64,000 bases of DNA from Octopus vulgaris (lineage: Eukaryota): contig OX597824.1 in assembly GCA_951406725.2 (NCBI GenBank), positions 44,082,001 to 44,146,000 of the forward strand, in the 5' to 3' direction. A model generated the notes under the pieces. The model worked only from the letters and a program-made list of their open reading frames with translations. It made no database searches and had not been told where the DNA came from. Of the stretch, positions 58,498 through 64,000 are shown piece after piece; position 1 is the first letter of the stretch; each line of letters begins with the position of its first letter. The translations under genes were made by a program, and so were the position numbers.

Positions 58498-58591
58498 CAT
58501 ACATACATACATATATATACATACATACATATATATACATACATACATACATATATATACATACATACATACATACATATATATACATACA

Positions 58592-58627
<36 letters not shown>

Positions 58628-58737
58628 TACATACATACATACATATATACATACATACATACATATATATATATACATACATATATATATACATACATAT
58701 ATATACATATATATATACATACATATATATATATACA

Positions 58738-58773
<36 letters not shown>

Positions 58774-58840
58774 AATACATACATATATATATATATATAT
58801 ACATACATATATATATATATATACATACATATATATATAT
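58238..58840. repeat. Compound (TACA)n/(TA)n microsatellite, about 600 bp
   Basis: Directly visible. Confidence 0.97.
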
Positions 58841-58929
58841 ACAACAGTCTTCTTTCAGTTTCCGAATACAAAATCTACTCACAAGGTTTTGGTTGGCCTG
58901 AGGCTATAATAAGCATATATATATATATA

Positions 58930-59267
58930 AGGATTCCAACATCACCATCAAAATACAGGTCCAGATACTGCAACAGCTTGGGTTTCAGAGGACCACAGCT
59001 CTTTAACATCCTCCCTAAATGCCTGAGAGACTTACATGGTGTGGATGTGGGTTTCTTTAAAACCAAACTGGATCTCTTCTTGTTGGGAGTCCCAGATGAG
59101 CCTACCTCACGACAGGAGACGCGGATGCAGGCAGCAGCATCGAACTCCCTTGTTGATCAAGTGCCAAGTATCAGAGGTGGATTCACAAATTAGTGTAGCT
59201 CATTCAGCGGTGGTGCCCCAGCATGGCCACAGCCTTCGGGCTAAAACTTTTTTTTTTTTTTAAGGAT
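58930..59267 (+). mobile_element. 3' end of a non-LTR retrotransposon (CR1/L2/Jockey-group-like, clade uncertain)
   Basis: [41 protein letters not shown] then stop and short 3' UTR GGTGCCCCAGCATGGCC..CTAAAAC-T-tract. Confidence 0.7.
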
Positions 59268-59312
59268 ATATATATATATGCATAACAAGCATGCATATAT
59301 ATATATATATGC

Positions 59313-59343
<31 letters not shown>

Positions 59344-61199
59344 CATATATATATGCTTATTATAGCCTCAGGCCAACCAAAACCTTGTGAGTGGATTTCG
59401 TACTCAGAAACTGAAAGAAGACTGTTGTATATATGGATATATTTGTGTAAGTATATATCTGTCTTGTGTTTGTACCCCCACCATTTCTTGACAACTGATG
59501 TTGTGTTTACATTCCTGTAACTTAGCAGTTTGGTAAAAGACACTGACAGAATGAATAAATAAATTCCGTGGTTGATTTCTTCGACCAATGGCGGTGCTCC
59601 AGCATGGCCACAGTCATATGACTGAAACAAGTGAAGCAATAATAGTCTATGCCATTTTAATCCTGAGCAAGGCCGGGTATCTCTGCTAGTTCAATATAAC
59701 TTTTGAATTTCAAAAATAAAATGATCAAAGCTGCCAAATATTATATTTTTAAAAAAACTATTGACTTAAATCAGAGGTAGTGAAAAAACTTTCAGCCTCA
59801 AGAAATTCCTTTGAAAAAAAATCAAAGATAGTTTCAATTAACATTTTAATTCAAGCTTGCATTCTATTATTTATGTCATATATCACTGTTAATATCTGAC
59901 TTCTATTTGTAAAGTGTGTATTTAAAAATATCTAAGTCGCAAGACTATAATCTGCAGATTTTAATGTCATTAGAAATGAAGGTAAGATTACTTGCACAGA
60001 CTTTGCAACAAAATAAATTAGCTCAAATCTTAATTTTTCAGTGAATTTACAAAATGTTACATCTTCAAGTAAGGTTTATACTATCACTACCATCCTTTGA
60101 CTGTTTAATATATTCCCCCACCCACTCTCTATATTAATTTTGGTTACTTTACCCAGTTATATTTGGAAACTTTCCAAACTCATAATTAATACTGGCTTAC
60201 ATTAGACTACCTCATAATGGTGTTATAATATTTTGTGCATCAGAGAATGTTTATGTGCAACTGAAATTCTCTGCTAGCTATCTTATATTGATGGAAACTT
60301 GTAATCCACACAGCCTTTAAATATTGGACAGGTTATTATATGGTTATAGCACTAAACTGGGGGGGGGGGGGCAGAAAAAGAAAAAATTTCTTTCAACTAA
60401 GTTTACATATTGTTCTTAGATAAAATCAAAATACTGACATTGTTCCAAAATTATTCTAATATATTTTTGAAGTGTATGTTAATACAATGATGAGATTGGT
60501 GCACAATAAACCTAACTAGAAACAATCAGTTATAGAGAGTAGATGAATGGAATTACTCTACATTCAAAAAGCTGTGATTCACTTAAATTACTATGCTTCC
60601 ATCCTGTTTTTGTCTGTTGCAGATATTTTTTATCAATTCTTAAATCTGCTATTAGTGATATTTCTAAGTTATTACATTAACTATCTCTACACAAGACATA
60701 TTTCCTGCTTCTAAAATCATTCCTTCAGTAGAAACTAACTGCATCTATCCCATCCTTATAAGGAAATCATGTACCTGCCACTGGGAGCAAACTATAAGTT
60801 TACTTAGATGACCTAATTAACACTGGAGTTAGTCCTAATAATAAAGGGAAGGATAGTAGAAATTGAGGGAATAGTTAGCAACAATACTTTCCCTTTATGA
60901 AAGGCAGACTGTATGGTGCATGAATGGTCAAACTAACGTGCCATCCAGTTTAATACCATCACTTGGTCTTAGGAGGGTTTTTAGTGAGGATTCACTCAGT
61001 TGCAAGCTTTTGGACAAGAGGCCTCACATGCATACTTCTATTTTCCCTCGATAAGTATAGTACTTTTCTTCTTCCAGTATAGTGCGAAGTTCAGTAGGTA
61101 TTGATATAGCCTAAGAAATAATTGAGTAATAAATTAATATTTTATTCAGAGAAAGATTTATTCCATTCACTTAACAGTAGTGATTGGAAACAGAACTTA

Positions 61200-61612
61200 A
61201 ACAACCTGCACATGCAAGTGCTACCAGTCGAGAACTCCGCATATCAGAAGCCAGCAAGTGTGTGGGGTCATCAGGAGAGAATGCACACCATTTCGGGGCC
61301 TACCTCTCAACAGCATCAATGCACACCGGGCCCCCTCATTGATAGAGGCCCCACTTGCTAGATAAACTGGTTATTAAATATAGCTCAATATTTCTCTAGC
61401 CATCACTCATCATTTCTTTTTAACCAAATCCAGCGGTTAGCCTTCTCCACTGTAGTTTGGATATTGGTCATGGTGGTATTTACCTTACGATGAGTTAGGC
61501 CTAATGATAACAACAGTCGTCTCACACTGTGTCCAACTCGACTTCTATTGGAAAATGCTCTACTTTCCAGCCTGCGTCTTCACATTCCTCAAGGAGGTTT
61601 ACATAATGGTCA
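61200..61612 (-). mobile_element. HERO-like (RLE-type) non-LTR retrotransposon 3' fragment
   Basis: EECEDAGWKVEHFPIEV..VEKANRWIWLKR resembles the C-terminus of HERO-clade ORFs; GC-rich 3' UTR. Confidence 0.6.
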
Positions 61613-64000
61613 ATAAAGAACTAGATTGGTTGGATGCTCACTATATGGTTTTGCACTTCATATTTTTCTGCTCAAATTTCAACTATTCTAATCTACTCTT
61701 ATTTAAATTACCAGTAAAAGACCAGACTTATGTATATCAGTCAACTATATACACATATATCATCTTTACATGTGCATACATAAGCACGCATGCACGTGCA
61801 CACACACAAACATGCACAATATGGTCGAGAAGTTAAGGTATTGAACACAATAAGGTTGAGGAGTTAAACTAGACAAACTTACTACATTCATTATGAGCCT
61901 TTGAACAATGCACACAATGTTCCAGTTTCCTTATTGATAAAAGGAAAAAATTACCTAAACCTTTATTATTCAACTTTTTAGTGGTTGGAAAGACATCCAT
62001 ATAAATACACACCAAAGAGAGAGAGAGTGTGTGTGTGATGCACACACCCAATAAAACGAGCAGAATGAAATTATATACCACAAAATACAAAGTAATTCCT
62101 GCAGCAGATTTGAGTTTTCTACCCATGAGCTGGCAATCCAATACCTTATCACTATGCCTGTTATCTTGTACAATGTGTGTGCAAGTGTGCGTGTGTTTAT
62201 GAGTGCATACATGTATCAAAAAAGAGAAAACTAAAGCAATATATGTTTTATCTTACTTGTTTCAGTAATTAGGCCAAGGCCATGCTGGGGCACTGCCTCC
62301 GAAATTTTTACTTGAATAAATCAATTCCAGTACTTTTTTTTTTAAAGCCTGGTACTTATTCTATCAGTCTCTTTGCTGAATCACAAAATTAAAAGGATGT
62401 AAGCTTACCAAAACTGGTTGTCAAGTGTGTGTGTGTGTGTGTGTGCGCACACGCGCACACACACACACAGGGTTTCTTTCAGTTTCTGCCCACCAAATCC
62501 ACTGACAAGGTTTTGGTTGGCCTAAGGTTATAGAAGACACTCATCCAAGTGGGATTGAACCTGAAATTATGTGGTTGGGAAGCAAACTTCTATCCACAGA
62601 GTCATGCCTGCACATATAGGGCATAAAAATTAAATTGGTCTGTGGAGTCTAACATAATCTCAAATACATTTTAAACATTTGACAACCTATAAAAAACGTA
62701 CTTTTTTAATGGCTAAACCAATTTTTTAAAATCTAAGATTTATAGAAATATCAGTGCTAAAAAAAAATAATAATGGTTATCAACAATTTAAGTTTCATGG
62801 AAAAGCTTAAATAATTGAGGTTAACTACATGAAGGCTTACACATGAACCAACCACATTCCAGAACAATGATTCACTTCAGTTACTTGACAGTATACTTGT
62901 AGCTCTTAGATATTTTTTTGTTTATAGCTTTACTTCCATTAAAGATTTTAATTAGGAATTTATATTTGGACTCAGAATGAAGGTGAGGAAGTTAAACAGG
63001 TAATTTTAAAATAAAAAAAATGTTTTAATAAACTAAATAAATTTAAGTTTTATTTAGAGAATATAAATAAAAAACATAGTGATCAAAAGTTAAACATTTG
63101 ATACAACTAGCTAGCACTATTTAGGTACCCTTCCCTTCTGAAATTGTTATATAGAAGAGAGTTTATCAATAATTACATTGGATTAATAAAAAAAAAATGT
63201 TAACAAGTGAAAACTGAACAGCAACTATATAAGGACATCTTAAGCTTAACCAAAAGATTGGTTATCAAATATTTTCACAAGAATAAGAGACAGATCAGAT
63301 ATAATTTTCTGAATGAAAACAAGTTGTTGAGTGGGGTGGGACTGGCAAGTTTAAAGTGTTCTTAAAGCTAATTGGATCTTTTCTGACACCAAGTACTTTA
63401 TGAAACAATTTAAAAAGACCTCTGCAAATATCACTCCCATGTACCAAATAATCTTTGCTATAAATTTCCTAAAACTTTTCAAGAAAAGTAAGTAGTACTT
63501 TACTCAGTGCAACAGCTCCAGCTTTTCATTTACAAAACAAACAATGTATTCAGCATATGAATATGGAAAAGTATTTACAGTGGTAGTATGACAGAGAAAA
63601 ACATCTTCAATCTCTTGTAAGGGTAAGAAGCAAAAGACATTTAGTAGAGCTTCAAGTGAAAACATTATTAGAGCATGCTGTCATATGAACTAGAAAGAAA
63701 TTACATCCATCATTGCGGTGTTCATAAAACTGCATATGTTGAGTAATAGCTTTGTAGCATTTTCCTTTACTTTTATCAATAGAAATTGTTAGTTTTGAGA
63801 AACATTTCAAATAAACAAGCAAGAATAAATTTTTAAAATCTAACAATGAAAAGAGTTTATACAGAAAGAAATACTGAAAAAATGAAGGCCTTAAAAAAAA
63901 AGAAGTTGCAGTAATAGAATGATAAAACTAGTAAGATAGTTTTAAGAATCAATAAAATAAGTACCACTCAAGTACTAGTGCGAACTTAACACATATCCTT

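Noticed and set aside
58118-59193. Long YI/HT/CMYV-repeat ORFs and the N-terminus of the 844-aa ORF
   Set aside because: Translations of stop-free microsatellite.
63652-63846. Possible upstream kinase exon (KSKGKCYKA)
   Set aside because: Does not match the expected IGKGNFAKVKLA glycine-rich loop.

Overview
AT-rich, microsatellite- and transposon-dense animal genomic DNA; the repeat complement (tRNA-derived SINEs with GGCGGTGCTCCAGCATGGCC tails, RTE LINEs ending in (ATG)n) suggests an octopod cephalopod (inference). The whole window appears to lie inside one minus-strand MARK/Par-1 Ser/Thr kinase gene: eight constitutive kinase-domain exons (47350 to 23919) splice in frame through GT-AG sites; the N-terminal and UBA exons were not found and probably lie outside the window. 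The main finding is that the next exon (kinase end/CD-like motif/linker) is present twice, as two 100-nt, same-phase, 21/33-aa-identical copies (15366-15465 and 14790-14889), a mutually exclusive exon pair. It comes with candidate long-range antisense intronic elements (about 22800-22930 and 13699-13772) that could control exon choice or ADAR editing. The second finding is a near-complete U6 snRNA copy fused to a LINE-type 3' tail inside the arm of a fold-back DNA element with a TTAGGG-like centre. The introns also hold a young 5'-truncated RTE with a PHD finger and a tandemly amplified 3' UTR, Helitrons, Tc1/mariner/pogo relics, a HERO-like fragment, SINEs and several palindromes. All alignments were done by eye, with no database searches.
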